A program made the translations under genes and the position numbers. Of a DNA stretch of 64,000 nt, positions 10,328-20,600 are shown in pieces. The DNA comes from an uncultured bacterium. GTDB lineage: Bacteria; Krumholzibacteriota; Krumholzibacteriia; LZORAL124-64-63. Positions within the stretch are counted from its first letter, which is position 1. Each line of letters opens with the position of its first letter. The notes beneath the pieces are model-generated. The model had not been told where the DNA came from, did no database searches, and saw nothing but the letters and a program-made list of their open reading frames with translations. The stretch is taken from contig CAVSGO010000007.1 of assembly GCA_963727525.1 (NCBI GenBank), positions 1,472,001 to 1,536,000 of the forward strand, in the 5' to 3' direction.

Positions 10328-11153
10328 GGTACGATTCCCGATCCGCGTCGCCGGAGCCGGCCGGGACCGTATCGAGGACGATGAGGCGGGTATCCATGAG
10401 AGGATGATCACCGGCGTCGGTCGCGAACATGCGCTGCCCTAGCCCGCGAAACGCGTCTTCCCCGCACGCGGCCCATTCCGTCCGCCGCGCGAGCTGGAGC
10501 TGACCGTCGCCGCTCGTATCCGTCCCCGGATACCGCGTCGGGATCAGGCCCACCAATTCGCCCCCGTTGGCCCAGGTGAATTGCGCGGGCATCCACACGA
10601 TATCTCGCAGATCGGCGGGCGCCTCGATCTCGACCCGAGCGATACGCTGGAACGGCACCCACGCGTAGCGCCCGTTGATGATGACCTCGAGCATCGGTCC
10701 GAGCCGACTGTCGGCATCGGCGATCCAGGCGCAAGGTGACTCGTCCACCTTGCCACCGGTCGCAGGTGCCTCGGCGAACGCGCGCGCGCGCAGGTCATCC
10801 GCTTCACGCTGGTCGCCTGCCCCGAGGCGTTGGAGCGATTCGAGCAGCAATGCCATCCAGGGATCGGGTTCTCCGAAGACGACCGGCGTGCGCCGGCCGG
10901 CGAAGATCTCGGCCCTGAGCGCCTCGCACTGGATCGCAGGTCGATACGTGCCGACCATGGGCAACGACTCGTGGTCAAGGTTCTCGAGCACGCTGAGCTG
11001 CTTCAGAGCGCGGTCCCACTGGCCCAGCACGACCTGCAACTGGAAGAGGAAGATCCGGTGCTTCGGGTTGGCCGGTTCGCCGCGCACCCGCGACTCGAGC
11101 TGGGCCAGAGTCTCCGCGAGGGCGTCCGGGTGCAGCGAAAGTTCGGACGTCAT
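10320..11153 (-). CDS. tagJ: T6SS accessory protein TagJ (ImpE/SciE family)
   Basis: RIFLFQLQVVLGQWDRA, WIADADSRLGPMLE, DLRDIVWMP, IPTRYPG. Confidence 0.93.
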   Translation of the reverse strand: MTSELSLHPDALAETLAQLESRVRGEPANPKHRIFLFQLQVVLGQWDRALKQLSVLENLDHESLPMVGTYRPAIQCEALRAEIFAGRRTPVVFGEPDPWMALLLESLQRLGAGDQREADDLRARAFAEAPATGGKVDESPCAWIADADSRLGPMLEVIINGRYAWVPFQRIARVEIEAPADLRDIVWMPAQFTWANGGELVGLIPTRYPGTDTSGDGQLQLARRTEWAACGEDAFRGLGQRMFATDAGDHPLMDTRLIVLDTVPAGSGDADRESYHA

Positions 11154-11319
11154 GAGTCATTCCTTCAGTATGCGGAGGCGAGCAGCCCGAAAGCGCTGGC
11201 GTCGCCAGGAACGGCGACTACGCGGCTGCGGCGCCGGCACGGCCAGCCGCAGAGAGCGCGGCGAAGAGAGGATCACCTCTCCTCGCGCGCCTCCACGACA
11301 ATGTTGCCCGACGGCGCGC

Positions 11320-11802
11320 CTAGAGCTCCACGTTGCCGGGAATGTTCCACTTGAATTCCTTCGCCGCCGCGCCCGTGCCATCGGGGTTCTGCGGTGTGTA
11401 GGCGAAATCGAACTCCCCGAAGTTGAGCGTCACGTTCTCCGTCAAGCGATCCTCGCCGCCGCTGCCGCCCGTCGACACCGACGCCACGATGATCTTCCGC
11501 ATCTTCAAGATGATGTACTCGAGCGGCGTGCCGCCCGCCTTGCGCACCGTCAGGGTGCCTTCCTCGATGTGGGTACCCTTGTGGCAATGCTTGAGGAGGA
11601 TGTGCGACGACGAATCCACGTACTTCGTCACCGAGAGGTCCTGTACGGCGACCTTGCCAGCCCCGCCACCGGAACCGAGATGCATCGTACCCGACTGCGA
11701 CGCGCCCCACGACCAGGCGAGCACGTCGATATCTCCGGCATGAACCTCGTCGCTCGACTCACCATCGATGGCTTTCAGATTGAGAAACATGTCAACTGCC
11801 AT
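11320..11802 (-). CDS. hcp: T6SS tube protein Hcp (TssD)
   Basis: MAVDMFLNLKAIDGES..H...IDVLAWSWGASQ, TKYVDSSS, ENVTLNF. Confidence 0.97.
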   Translation of the reverse strand: MAVDMFLNLKAIDGESSDEVHAGDIDVLAWSWGASQSGTMHLGSGGGAGKVAVQDLSVTKYVDSSSHILLKHCHKGTHIEEGTLTVRKAGGTPLEYIILKMRKIIVASVSTGGSGGEDRLTENVTLNFGEFDFAYTPQNPDGTGAAAKEFKWNIPGNVEL

Positions 11803-11902
11803 GACTCGACTCCTTGCTTCTATCACCTAATGACAATCACCTGTCTACTGGCCTCGCTACGCTGTATGAGACTCAACCGGCCGCCTGCAGCCACCGCCAC
11901 CA

Positions 11903-13396
11903 TCAAGCTCCTTTCTCCGCCGGCAACTTCGACACCAGTCGCAGGGAGACGGTAAGCCCCTCGAGCTGGTAGTGAGGGCGCAGAAAGAACGCCGAATTGT
12001 AATAGCCGGGATTCTCGGGATTTTCCTCGACCCGGACCTCCGCCGCCGCCAGCGGCTTCCTTGCCTTCGTCGCCTCCGATGAATTCGCCGGGTCACCGTC
12101 GACGTACTGCGTGATCCAGGTCTGCAGGTACTTCTGTAGCGGCTCGCGCTCCATGTTGGCACCCACCTTGTCGCGCACCATGCACTTGAGGTAGTGCGCA
12201 AAGCGGCACGTCGCGAACAGGTACGGCAACCGCGCACCCAGATTGGCGTTGCTCGTCGCATCCTCATCATCGAAGACGGGCGGCTTGTGCAGCGATTGCG
12301 CGCCGATGAAGGCCGCCGCATCCGAATTCTTCCGGTGCAGGAGGGGCATGAACCCGTTCTTGGCCAGCTCCGCCTCCCGCCGGTCCGCGATCGCGATCTC
12401 CGTCGGGCACTTCATGTCCACGCCGCCGTCGTCCGTCGGGAACGTGTGTGTCGGCAAACTCAGCACCGAACCGCCGGATTCGACGCCGCGGATCCGCGAG
12501 CACCAGCCCCACTCCTTGAACGACCGCGTGACGTTCGCAGCCATCGCGTAAGCCGAGTTCGCCCAGGCGAACTTGCTGTGGTCGCCGCCGGCCGTCTCCT
12601 CCTCGAACGCGAATTCGTCCACGGGCTCGCCCCTGGCGCCGTACGGGAGACGCGAGAGGAACCGCGGCATCGCGAGACCGACGAAGCGCGCGTCGTCCGA
12701 TTCGCGCAATGAGCGCCAGGCCGCGTAATCCGGCGTGGTGAAGATCTTCGTGAGATCGCGCGGGTCGCTCAGCTCCTGCCAGCTATCCATGTTCATGAGC
12801 TTCGGGTCGGCTCCGGCGATGAACGGCGCAAAGCACGACGCAGCGATCTGCGCCATGCCTCCCAGCAGCTCGACGTCGGCGGGGCTGTGGTCGAAGTAAT
12901 AGTCGCCGACGAGGCAGCCATACGGCTCACCGCCGAACATTCCGTACTCTTCCTCGTAGACCTTCTTGAAGATCGGCGACTGATCCCAGGCCGTGCCCTT
13001 GTACTTCTTCAACGTCTTGCCGAGATCCTTCTTCGAGATGTTCATGACGCGGATCTTGAGCATCTCGTCCGTCTCGGTATTGTTGACGAGGTAGTGCAGG
13101 CCGCGCCAGGCCCCCTCGAGCTTCTGGAAATCGGGGTGATGGAGGATCTGGTTGATCTGCTCGGTGAGCTTGCGGTCGAGTTCCGCGACCATCGCCTCGA
13201 TCGTCTCGATCGCGTCGTCGGCAATCAGCGTGCTGGCCGCGACGGCCTGGGCCGCCAGAGTGCCGATGGCATTCTTCACCGCCTGATTCGCCTGGTCCGA
13301 CTTCGGTTTGAATTCCTTCTTGAGCAGGTTCTCGAACTCGCTCATCTCCAGCGTACCCTGATCCGGAGCCCCGGATTCGCGCTTTTCCTCGGCCAT
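11903..13396 (-). CDS. tssC: T6SS sheath large subunit TssC (VipB)
   Basis: ILHHPDFQKLEGAWRGL, YEEEYGMFGGEPYG, KCPTEIAI, LRPHYQLEGLTVSLRLV. Confidence 0.97.
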   Translation of the reverse strand: MAEEKRESGAPDQGTLEMSEFENLLKKEFKPKSDQANQAVKNAIGTLAAQAVAASTLIADDAIETIEAMVAELDRKLTEQINQILHHPDFQKLEGAWRGLHYLVNNTETDEMLKIRVMNISKKDLGKTLKKYKGTAWDQSPIFKKVYEEEYGMFGGEPYGCLVGDYYFDHSPADVELLGGMAQIAASCFAPFIAGADPKLMNMDSWQELSDPRDLTKIFTTPDYAAWRSLRESDDARFVGLAMPRFLSRLPYGARGEPVDEFAFEEETAGGDHSKFAWANSAYAMAANVTRSFKEWGWCSRIRGVESGGSVLSLPTHTFPTDDGGVDMKCPTEIAIADRREAELAKNGFMPLLHRKNSDAAAFIGAQSLHKPPVFDDEDATSNANLGARLPYLFATCRFAHYLKCMVRDKVGANMEREPLQKYLQTWITQYVDGDPANSSEATKARKPLAAAEVRVEENPENPGYYNSAFFLRPHYQLEGLTVSLRLVSKLPAEKGA

Positions 13397-13401
13397 CTCG
13401 A

Positions 13402-13953
13402 TCACTCCTCGCCTGAAGGTTGCTGGGCTCCGTCGCCCGCCTCGGTCGAGCCTTGCGCCGCCGGATTCGGCGTCGACGCCAGCGCCTGCAGCAGACTCGG
13501 ATCCTTGAGCATCCGCTCGATCAGAGGATAGGTGCCACTCTTCCCATCCATGTAGGTCAGCAGGTTGGACAGTTGCTGGCGAGCATCGAGCAGCTCCTTC
13601 AATGCACCCACCCGCCGGGCCACCGCCGCCGGCGAGAAGTCCTCCATGTTCTCGAAGGTGAGATCGATGCTGAGATTGCCCTCGCCCGTGAGCGTATTCG
13701 GCACCGTGAATGCCACCCGCGGCTTCATCGCCTTCAACCGGTCGTCGAAGTTGTCCACGTCGATGGCGAGGAACTTGCGGCCCGCGACGTCGCCCGGTGG
13801 CTCCTTGGAGCTGCCCGAAAGGTCTGCCATGACGCCCATGACGAAGGGCAACTGGACCCTCTTCTCGGCTCCATAGGTCTCGACGTCATATTCGATCTGC
13901 ACCCGGGGGGCACGATTCCTCCCGATAAATTTCTGACTGCTAGGTTTCGCCAC
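13402..13953 (-). CDS. tssB: T6SS sheath small subunit TssB (VipA)
   Basis: SSQKFIGRNRAPRVQIEYDVE, LPFVMGVMADLSG, FENMEDFSP. Confidence 0.97.
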   Translation of the reverse strand: MAKPSSQKFIGRNRAPRVQIEYDVETYGAEKRVQLPFVMGVMADLSGSSKEPPGDVAGRKFLAIDVDNFDDRLKAMKPRVAFTVPNTLTGEGNLSIDLTFENMEDFSPAAVARRVGALKELLDARQQLSNLLTYMDGKSGTYPLIERMLKDPSLLQALASTPNPAAQGSTEAGDGAQQPSGEE

Positions 13954-14026
13954 GGGGCACCTCCTCCGACTACGGCAATGAAAGACGGCACACTCGAATT
14001 GTCACCGCGGCCATTCGCGCGGCCAG

Positions 14027-15037
14027 CTACTCGGATTCGCGACCGATGATCTTCTCTACCTCCTGAACGCCTGCCGGTGCGAGATCTCGGACGATGTCGA
14101 CGAACCCCTTCGAGACGAGCTTCTTGGCCCGGCGCAGGAGCAAAGGCACCGGGCTCGACGGCTCGTGCTTCTGGAAATAGTCGCAGATCTGATCCAGAAG
14201 CCGGATCGCGTCTTCCCGGGATCGGATCTCGCCAGGCGCCGCCGGCACCATGGCCTGTTCGACATCAGTCGTCACCGGACCACCTCCGTGACGCGCCACC
14301 TGGTTCGCCAGCAACTCGCTCAGGTCCTTCAACATGCCCTGCAAGGGTGCGAAGCTCACGGCCTGCGTGGGCCCTACCTTCTCCATGAGGGTCGTCTCGA
14401 TCGATTCGACGAGGCCCGGCGCCTGGCTGCTCGCTTCGGCATTCGCACGGAGCTCGTCGACATCGCCGGCCAGAAACGCCGCCTCGATATGCGAGACCTC
14501 GGGCACCGTTGCTCCATCCTGCGCCGTCGCCGGCATCTTGCCGGTCGCGACGAGGTAGTCCTGGAACGTGTAGTTGCCGATGCCCCGAGCGCTCGCCACC
14601 TGCAAACCCCGCACCGACCGTAGAGTTTCCAGGCTGCACAGATTCAGAAGGGTGTTCACGCGTAGGGTGGGATCGTTGCCGTCGCTCGGATCGAGCGCAG
14701 GATGACAGGTCTCCCAGTAGCGTTCGATCAACCCATGGACCACCGTAAGGCCGTCGCGCAAACCCGGCAGGCCGTGCGTGGCGATCAGCGCGCGCGTGAG
14801 AAAGACGGCCACGCGCAGGTCCCGAGTCCTGGTGAAGAGTTCGCGCGCGTTGCGCTCCACTGCGCGCCAGTCGGCCTCCTCGCCCGGCAGGACCGAGTCG
14901 CCGACCTTCTGTTCTTCCTTGCCGCGGGCCAGCTGCTCCATCGCGACGAAAGCATCGTCATACTCGAGATCGTCACCGCAAGGCGCCTCGGCAGACAAAG
15001 GTTGCAACATCTCGTCGGTATTGAGCACCTGAGCCAT
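14027..15037 (-). CDS. tssA: T6SS protein TssA (ImpA, short TssA1 type)
   Basis: ImpA_N motif PCGDDLEYD...ADW...RTRDLRV; C-terminal SREDA...YFQKHEPSSPVPLLLRRA. Confidence 0.95.
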   Translation of the reverse strand: MAQVLNTDEMLQPLSAEAPCGDDLEYDDAFVAMEQLARGKEEQKVGDSVLPGEEADWRAVERNARELFTRTRDLRVAVFLTRALIATHGLPGLRDGLTVVHGLIERYWETCHPALDPSDGNDPTLRVNTLLNLCSLETLRSVRGLQVASARGIGNYTFQDYLVATGKMPATAQDGATVPEVSHIEAAFLAGDVDELRANAEASSQAPGLVESIETTLMEKVGPTQAVSFAPLQGMLKDLSELLANQVARHGGGPVTTDVEQAMVPAAPGEIRSREDAIRLLDQICDYFQKHEPSSPVPLLLRRAKKLVSKGFVDIVRDLAPAGVQEVEKIIGRESE

Positions 15038-15152
15038 ATTGTGTCACGTCGTTTGAGCGAGCCCGTTCGTTCCGCCGACCGGAGTGACGGCGGCAACTTC
15101 TTGAAAAGCGCGGACTTAAACAACCGGCGCCGACTCCGCGCCCTCCCGCGCC

Positions 15153-15181
15153 AGACTAGTGGAGGGGCGTTGTCCTGTCAA
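15153..15181 (-). promoter_or_regulatory. Candidate sigma70 promoter for tssA-tssB-tssC-hcp...vgrG
   Basis: Minus strand reads TTGACA (15181-15176), a 17-nt spacer, then TAGTCT (15158-15153), about 115 nt upstream of tssA. Confidence 0.65.
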
Positions 15182-15225
15182 TATCGAATAACCTGTAAAC
15201 GCCGTGGCGCGAGGGACATGAGAAC

Positions 15226-16653
15226 TCAGTCGCCTCGCAGAGATACGCCGGTGCCTGCAAGAGTTTGCAAGGTCGCAACCGAGATTGCGGCGCGATCCTT
15301 GTGGCTACATAGCGGGATCAATCCCCGCGAGACGAGTCCCTGGATCGCGCGCTCACTCAACCACACCTCGGCACAAGGCTGCATGATCCTGGTCCCGTCG
15401 TGGTCATGCACGGAGAGCGGAAAGCCGTCGAGCGTGAGTTGATCGCGCGGTGTCGATACAGTCGCCATTGCGTGGCGCCGCACGAGCATGAGCGCACAGA
15501 CGTGCGCCGGATTGCCCCACAGGAATGACGTGTGCACCGGAGCCCCGGGCATCTCGTCGAAGGGAAAGGCATCGATCGGATCGGTGCCCGGACCATACGG
15601 CAACCGAAGCAATGCCCGGGGCCAGGCGAGGCCCACGCCGGCCGCTTCGGGGGCCCGGCGCAGCGATTCCCAGTCGGTCTGGAGCGTGACTTCCGGAGCG
15701 GCCCACAGCGCGTCATCCAGCCGCGCCTCGCGCGGCGAGAAACCCACCACCGCAGGATCGGCGGCCGCCAGGAAGACGCTGCCGACCCGCGCTGCGATGG
15801 CCCCGAGGCCCCGCAGGAGGAATACGTCCTCGTCGCTGTCGCCGAAAGCGTAATCGCCGATCACGAGCGACCAGCCGCGCGCACCATGCACCTCGACCTC
15901 GGGCGCGATGATGCGACGATACAGGTTGGCCTCGTCCAGGTGCCCCGAAACGGCGCGCAGATCGTCGCACAGTTCGGCCTTCGTCACGTCGCAGATCACC
16001 ACCTCGTGCTCGTCCCCGTCGTCCAGGTTCTGCACGAGCCAGGCCAGGCTCCGCCAGGTGGCCTCCACCGCCTGGAACGCGGGGTGATGCAGGATCGCGC
16101 GCATGCGGTCGGCGATCGCGCGGTCGCAGGCGGCGTCGCTGGCGTGCTGTCCGGGATCCGGAGCGGGCGCGACATGCGGTGCCACGATCTCGCGGATCAT
16201 GCGGTCCACGGGCGTGGACGGCGGGTCGTCGCCGGATTCGCGGGGCTCCCCCAGGAGCCGTGCCAGGGTCTCGGCATCGCCCTCGCCGGACACGGACCGA
16301 TCGCGCCCATCGTCGCGGCATCGTTGCAAGGCCGTGAAATCGCCCACCTGGTCGCGGAGTGCGTCGGGGTGGAAATCGTCCATTGCCGCGATGGCGATCG
16401 TGGTCGCGGGTTCGGTGGGATCCGCGGGCTCCAGCCTGATGCGGGGCGCCAGGCGCGCCATCAGCTCGTCGATGCCCAGGACATCCACCGGATGGAGCAT
16501 CGGTACCGTCGGGGCGGCCGCGTTACTGCCCGTGCCACGCCCGCGAAAATCGCCGAGTACGAGGATGCGCCCCGGCGCCTCATCCCGCTGCCGACTCCGC
16601 GCAGCGGGTCCCGGGCGTCCGAACGTGAAGCGAAATTCCGAATCGTCCCTCAT
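15226..16653 (-). CDS. Second sheath-like protein: TssB-like N-terminus fused to a truncated TssC-like domain
   Basis: N-terminal RILVLGDFRG...IDELMARLAP...MDDFHPDAL parallels TssB; ILHHPAFQAVEATWRSL, RALLRLPYG, FLWGNPA and PCAEVWL parallel TssC. Confidence 0.8.
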   Translation of the reverse strand: MRDDSEFRFTFGRPGPAARSRQRDEAPGRILVLGDFRGRGTGSNAAAPTVPMLHPVDVLGIDELMARLAPRIRLEPADPTEPATTIAIAAMDDFHPDALRDQVGDFTALQRCRDDGRDRSVSGEGDAETLARLLGEPRESGDDPPSTPVDRMIREIVAPHVAPAPDPGQHASDAACDRAIADRMRAILHHPAFQAVEATWRSLAWLVQNLDDGDEHEVVICDVTKAELCDDLRAVSGHLDEANLYRRIIAPEVEVHGARGWSLVIGDYAFGDSDEDVFLLRGLGAIAARVGSVFLAAADPAVVGFSPREARLDDALWAAPEVTLQTDWESLRRAPEAAGVGLAWPRALLRLPYGPGTDPIDAFPFDEMPGAPVHTSFLWGNPAHVCALMLVRRHAMATVSTPRDQLTLDGFPLSVHDHDGTRIMQPCAEVWLSERAIQGLVSRGLIPLCSHKDRAAISVATLQTLAGTGVSLRGD

Positions 16654-16664
16654 CGCGTGACCTC

Positions 16665-17651
16665 TCAGGCTCCACTGGCCCAGCGCAGGTAGTCCTCGAG
16701 ACTCGCCGACGGCGACTCGAGCACCGCACGCAGATCGGGCGCCATCCTCGCCTCCGGGGGCTGCGTGCCGTAGGGGCGATCGAGATAGCTTATCGATTCC
16801 AGGCTGGTTTGCGCATCGAGCAGGCTGACCCAGTGACTGCCCAGCGGACGCGACTGGAAGTAGAAATAGTGGCCGCGGTCCGCATCCGCCTCCGACGTCA
16901 TGCGCACACTCCAGATCCGGGACAGCGCGCGGCCAAGGTATCGCTCCGTGAGGTCGAGCCAGAAACAGCTCTCCCGCCCCCCGGCGTCCCCGATCGCGTG
17001 CGCGAGGGGATAGCGAAGTCCGCCCCGGAACGCGCGCGCGTCGCCACGCTTGGCCGGCGCGAGCGTCTCGACGAGAGCCTGGAACACCGTGAACGCCCTG
17101 CTGGCGTCCGCCGCGCCGGCGTCACCGCACAAGGCTGCGGGATCGACCCGCGTGGCCACGTATTGCCGGTAACCGCCAAGGAGCACAGCGTCATCCGGTC
17201 GCGGCAGCGCCGCCAGCGACTGCATGCGCCCACGCAGATCGGCCCGCGTTTCGCTTCCCACGATCGCCGCGAGCGAGCCTGCGATCTGCTCCTGCAGCGC
17301 ACTCATCCGCAGCATGTTCAGCACCGCCGATGACGCCCCGCCGCGCACGCTGGCAAACACCGCGAACGGGTGCTTGCGACCCGCGGCATCGCCGCTCGGA
17401 CAGATCACGCCCGCGAGCCGGCGGTCGTCGCCGACCTCCCACAGAAACCGCAACCACGGGAAGTCCATCAGCCGCCGATCGCAATCCTGGCCGAATCGCG
17501 CCTTCGCCAGCCCGATCCCTTCGCCGATCCACAGGTCGAACTGGGATTCGCCGAACCCCGGGGCATCCTCGACGATGAACTCGCGGCTCAGCGGCAGCTT
17601 GCCGAAGCAACCGAAACCCATGATCTCGTAAGCTGCGCCACCGGGACTCAT
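16665..17651 (-). CDS. tagF: T6SS-associated TagF family protein
   Basis: GCFGKLPLSREFI and GVICPSGDAAGRKHPF match the TagF_N motifs GKLP..GDF and S.D..GR.FP; ATGA overlap with the tssM stop. Confidence 0.85.
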   Translation of the reverse strand: MSPGGAAYEIMGFGCFGKLPLSREFIVEDAPGFGESQFDLWIGEGIGLAKARFGQDCDRRLMDFPWLRFLWEVGDDRRLAGVICPSGDAAGRKHPFAVFASVRGGASSAVLNMLRMSALQEQIAGSLAAIVGSETRADLRGRMQSLAALPRPDDAVLLGGYRQYVATRVDPAALCGDAGAADASRAFTVFQALVETLAPAKRGDARAFRGGLRYPLAHAIGDAGGRESCFWLDLTERYLGRALSRIWSVRMTSEADADRGHYFYFQSRPLGSHWVSLLDAQTSLESISYLDRPYGTQPPEARMAPDLRAVLESPSASLEDYLRWASGA

Positions 17652-20600
17652 TGGGATACCGACTCCTGGATCGAGAACGAGCGAAATATCGAGCCGCGCA
17701 GGAAGAACGGATCCACGTCCTCGAACGGCGTGAGCGTGAACTCGACCGCAACGCCCTGATCGGGGAACGTCCACGTCACCACCCGGACAGCGTTCTGCGC
17801 GTCGATCTGGTCGGCAGCATCGAAGAGCTTGCAGATGTCCCAGACCGACTCCTTGAACTGGAGACTCGCCACCGTTTCCGGCGGGTTCGAGCGCTGTAGC
17901 GCCAGCCCGCACGTCAGATCCGGATCGTCGCTGCGCCAGGTGTAGCTCTTCTCCCTCTTATTCATGTAGTCGACCAGCTCGCCGCCGTTGATCGTCAGCA
18001 CGACCTTGTCGATCTTCCGCCAATTCGCGTCGCCCCGCGGGGTGCCATCGGAGCGAACCCCGCGCGCCATGAGGGTGAAGCGCGCCTGGAATCCGCTGTC
18101 CGTCATCCGGAGGTCTTTCTGGAGGTCCTGCGCCTTCTCGATGACGGCGTTGGCCCGGCGCCCCGGATTGCCGCCGTTGCCGACCATGAAGCTGTGGAAC
18201 GCGGCCATCTTGCCGTTCGGCCCGAGGAGCCCGATCACGTCCATGGGATCGGCGTTCTTGCCGCCGATACGGAAGGGGTAATACGGTGCAAGCTGCTCCG
18301 CGTAGAGACGATACGTGTCGGTCCAGTGCTGTTGCAGGTCGCGTTGCCGGGCGCTGCGCGAGTGCGCCACGATCACACGACTCGCGGTATCCAGCGGCGT
18401 CTCCAGCAACCCGGAGATGGCGGCGGCGAGCTGGCCCTTGCGATCGGCCTCGAAGTTCTCCACCCAATTCTTGGCGTCGAGCACGGCGTTCTGTTTCGGC
18501 GTGGTGCCACCTTCCTTGCAGGCGTAAACCTCGCTCTGCACGTCGGCGAGCAGGTCGCCGTATTTGCCGGCCGGCGTCTGCTCACTGCCCTCGGGGCTCG
18601 CGAACAGCGTCGTCAGCGGTTCGAGCTGCTTGGCGATGCTCTTGATCGCCTCCGGTTGCGTCGCGCCCTTGTCCAGGCCGCCCGCCAGCGGATCGGCCGC
18701 CGACGCCGCCTGGCGCAGCATACGGAAGAGCGGCGACTCGGAGGTCGACTTCAGCTTGCGCAGGTCCTGATCGTAGTCGTCGCAGCTCTCATAGCTCCTC
18801 GCCAGACGCACGGAATCGAGGAAGCGCGTCCACTCCTGGACATAGCCCACCATGTACAGGCTCAGCAGATCGTCTGCGGACGGAACGCGGCCCGTGGGCT
18901 CCCCGCCAGCGAGCGTGATGATCGCGTTGTCCGCGTCGACGGTGTCCTTGACGTTGCGGATCTCCCGCCCCACGTACTCTCGCCACCCGTCGCGCGAGTA
19001 GCCGAAGCGCACGTCCTCGCTCGCCGCGAGGATGTCCTGGCCCGGAACCAGCGCCGACAGCGTGAGGTCGTCCTGCTCCTGGCTCGCCCCGACGATGATG
19101 CCCCGGAAGAACTCCTGCGTCTCGTGGGTGTCGCTGAGTCGACGCGCACCGCGCCCGAGTTCGCGCGACCGTTCGAGACCCGGCAACGGCCGCTCGAGTG
19201 CGAGAAATTCGGCCGCCATGGCCTTCAGCTCCCGATCGATCGCCTTGCTACTCTCCTGACCATTCAGGATGTAGGGTCGCAGGCCGGCGGCCAGGTCGGC
19301 GGCGTCCCAGCCGATCGCGTCGTGCTTCGCGGGCATCAGGAGCATCAGCTCGGTCCGCAGCGCGCTACGCACCTTGCTGGCCGGCAGCCCTCCGGACCCA
19401 TCGAGATCGCTGGCGATCGCGCGCTCCGCCGGTCCGAGGATGCGTTCCGTGATGGCCCGGTAGTAGACGTCCTGTGCCGCGCGATGGACCGCATCCGTCA
19501 CGATCAGGGGGAACGACCGCCATGACCCCTGGATCCGCTCACGCAGGGTATCCAGACGCGTGAGTTCCTCCACGGGTGTCGCCTGCGAGGAGGGCTCCAT
19601 CAACTCCTCGGCGATGTGCTGCGTGCGGTCCATCCGCGTCCGTAGCCGCACGTAGGAGGTGCCGATCCACACGCACCCGAGGAGGCCGAGCGCGAGGAAC
19701 CCCGCCGACACGAACAGAGCGAGCCGCGACCGTTTGCGCGCTGACACGCTGGTCAGCCGCACGAGGTCGCGATCGGTCTTCAGAACCTTGGCAAACAGGT
19801 CGCGGACGAAGTACGCATCGTCCTTCGGCTCCTGCTCGGCGACCGCAGACGCATCCGCCCGGGCGCCCAGCATCTCGTGGATCTTGCGTACGACCAGATC
19901 GAACGGCTTGCCCTCCTGCATGCCGCTCGAGAAGTAGGTGCCCCGGAAGATCGGCACGTCGCGACGATAGGGATTGGCCTCGAACAGGGTCTCGACGAAA
20001 AGGACCAGCCGATCCTTGAGATTGCCGTACTCCTCGGGAAACATGAAGACCCGGCCCCAGTTCTCGCTTCGCGAGACCGCGGACATGCGGCCCGGGCGCA
20101 TGGCCCGCAGATTCGCGATCAGCAGGTCGAACTCGCCGGCAAACCGTACCGCCGCATCCTGATCACCCTCCGGCTTCGGCGTGTAGACCGCGCCCCAGAC
20201 CTGGTAGCGATCGACCGGCGACAGGCGCTCGAAGTATTCCGCGAATCCCGCAACCAGGTCGCACTTGGTGAAGAGCACGTAGACCGGGAAATTCCAGCCG
20301 AGACGGTCGAGGATCTCGTCCATGCGCTGACGCAGGTCGCGCGCGCTGTTGATGAGAGCCATCTCGTCCTTCTCGTACAGATCCTCCATGCTGTAGGCGA
20401 GAATGAGCCCGTCGATCGGCCCGTGCTTACGATATGTCTTCAGCATGTCGAGGAACGCGAACCACTCGGCCTCGGTCTCGCTACGATCCACACCCTCGGC
20501 GTATCGGCCGGCGGTATCGAGCAGGATGGCGTCGGAGGAGAACCACCAGTCGCAGTTGCGCGTCCCACCGGAGCCCCGCATCAGCTTCGCCGTCGTCATG

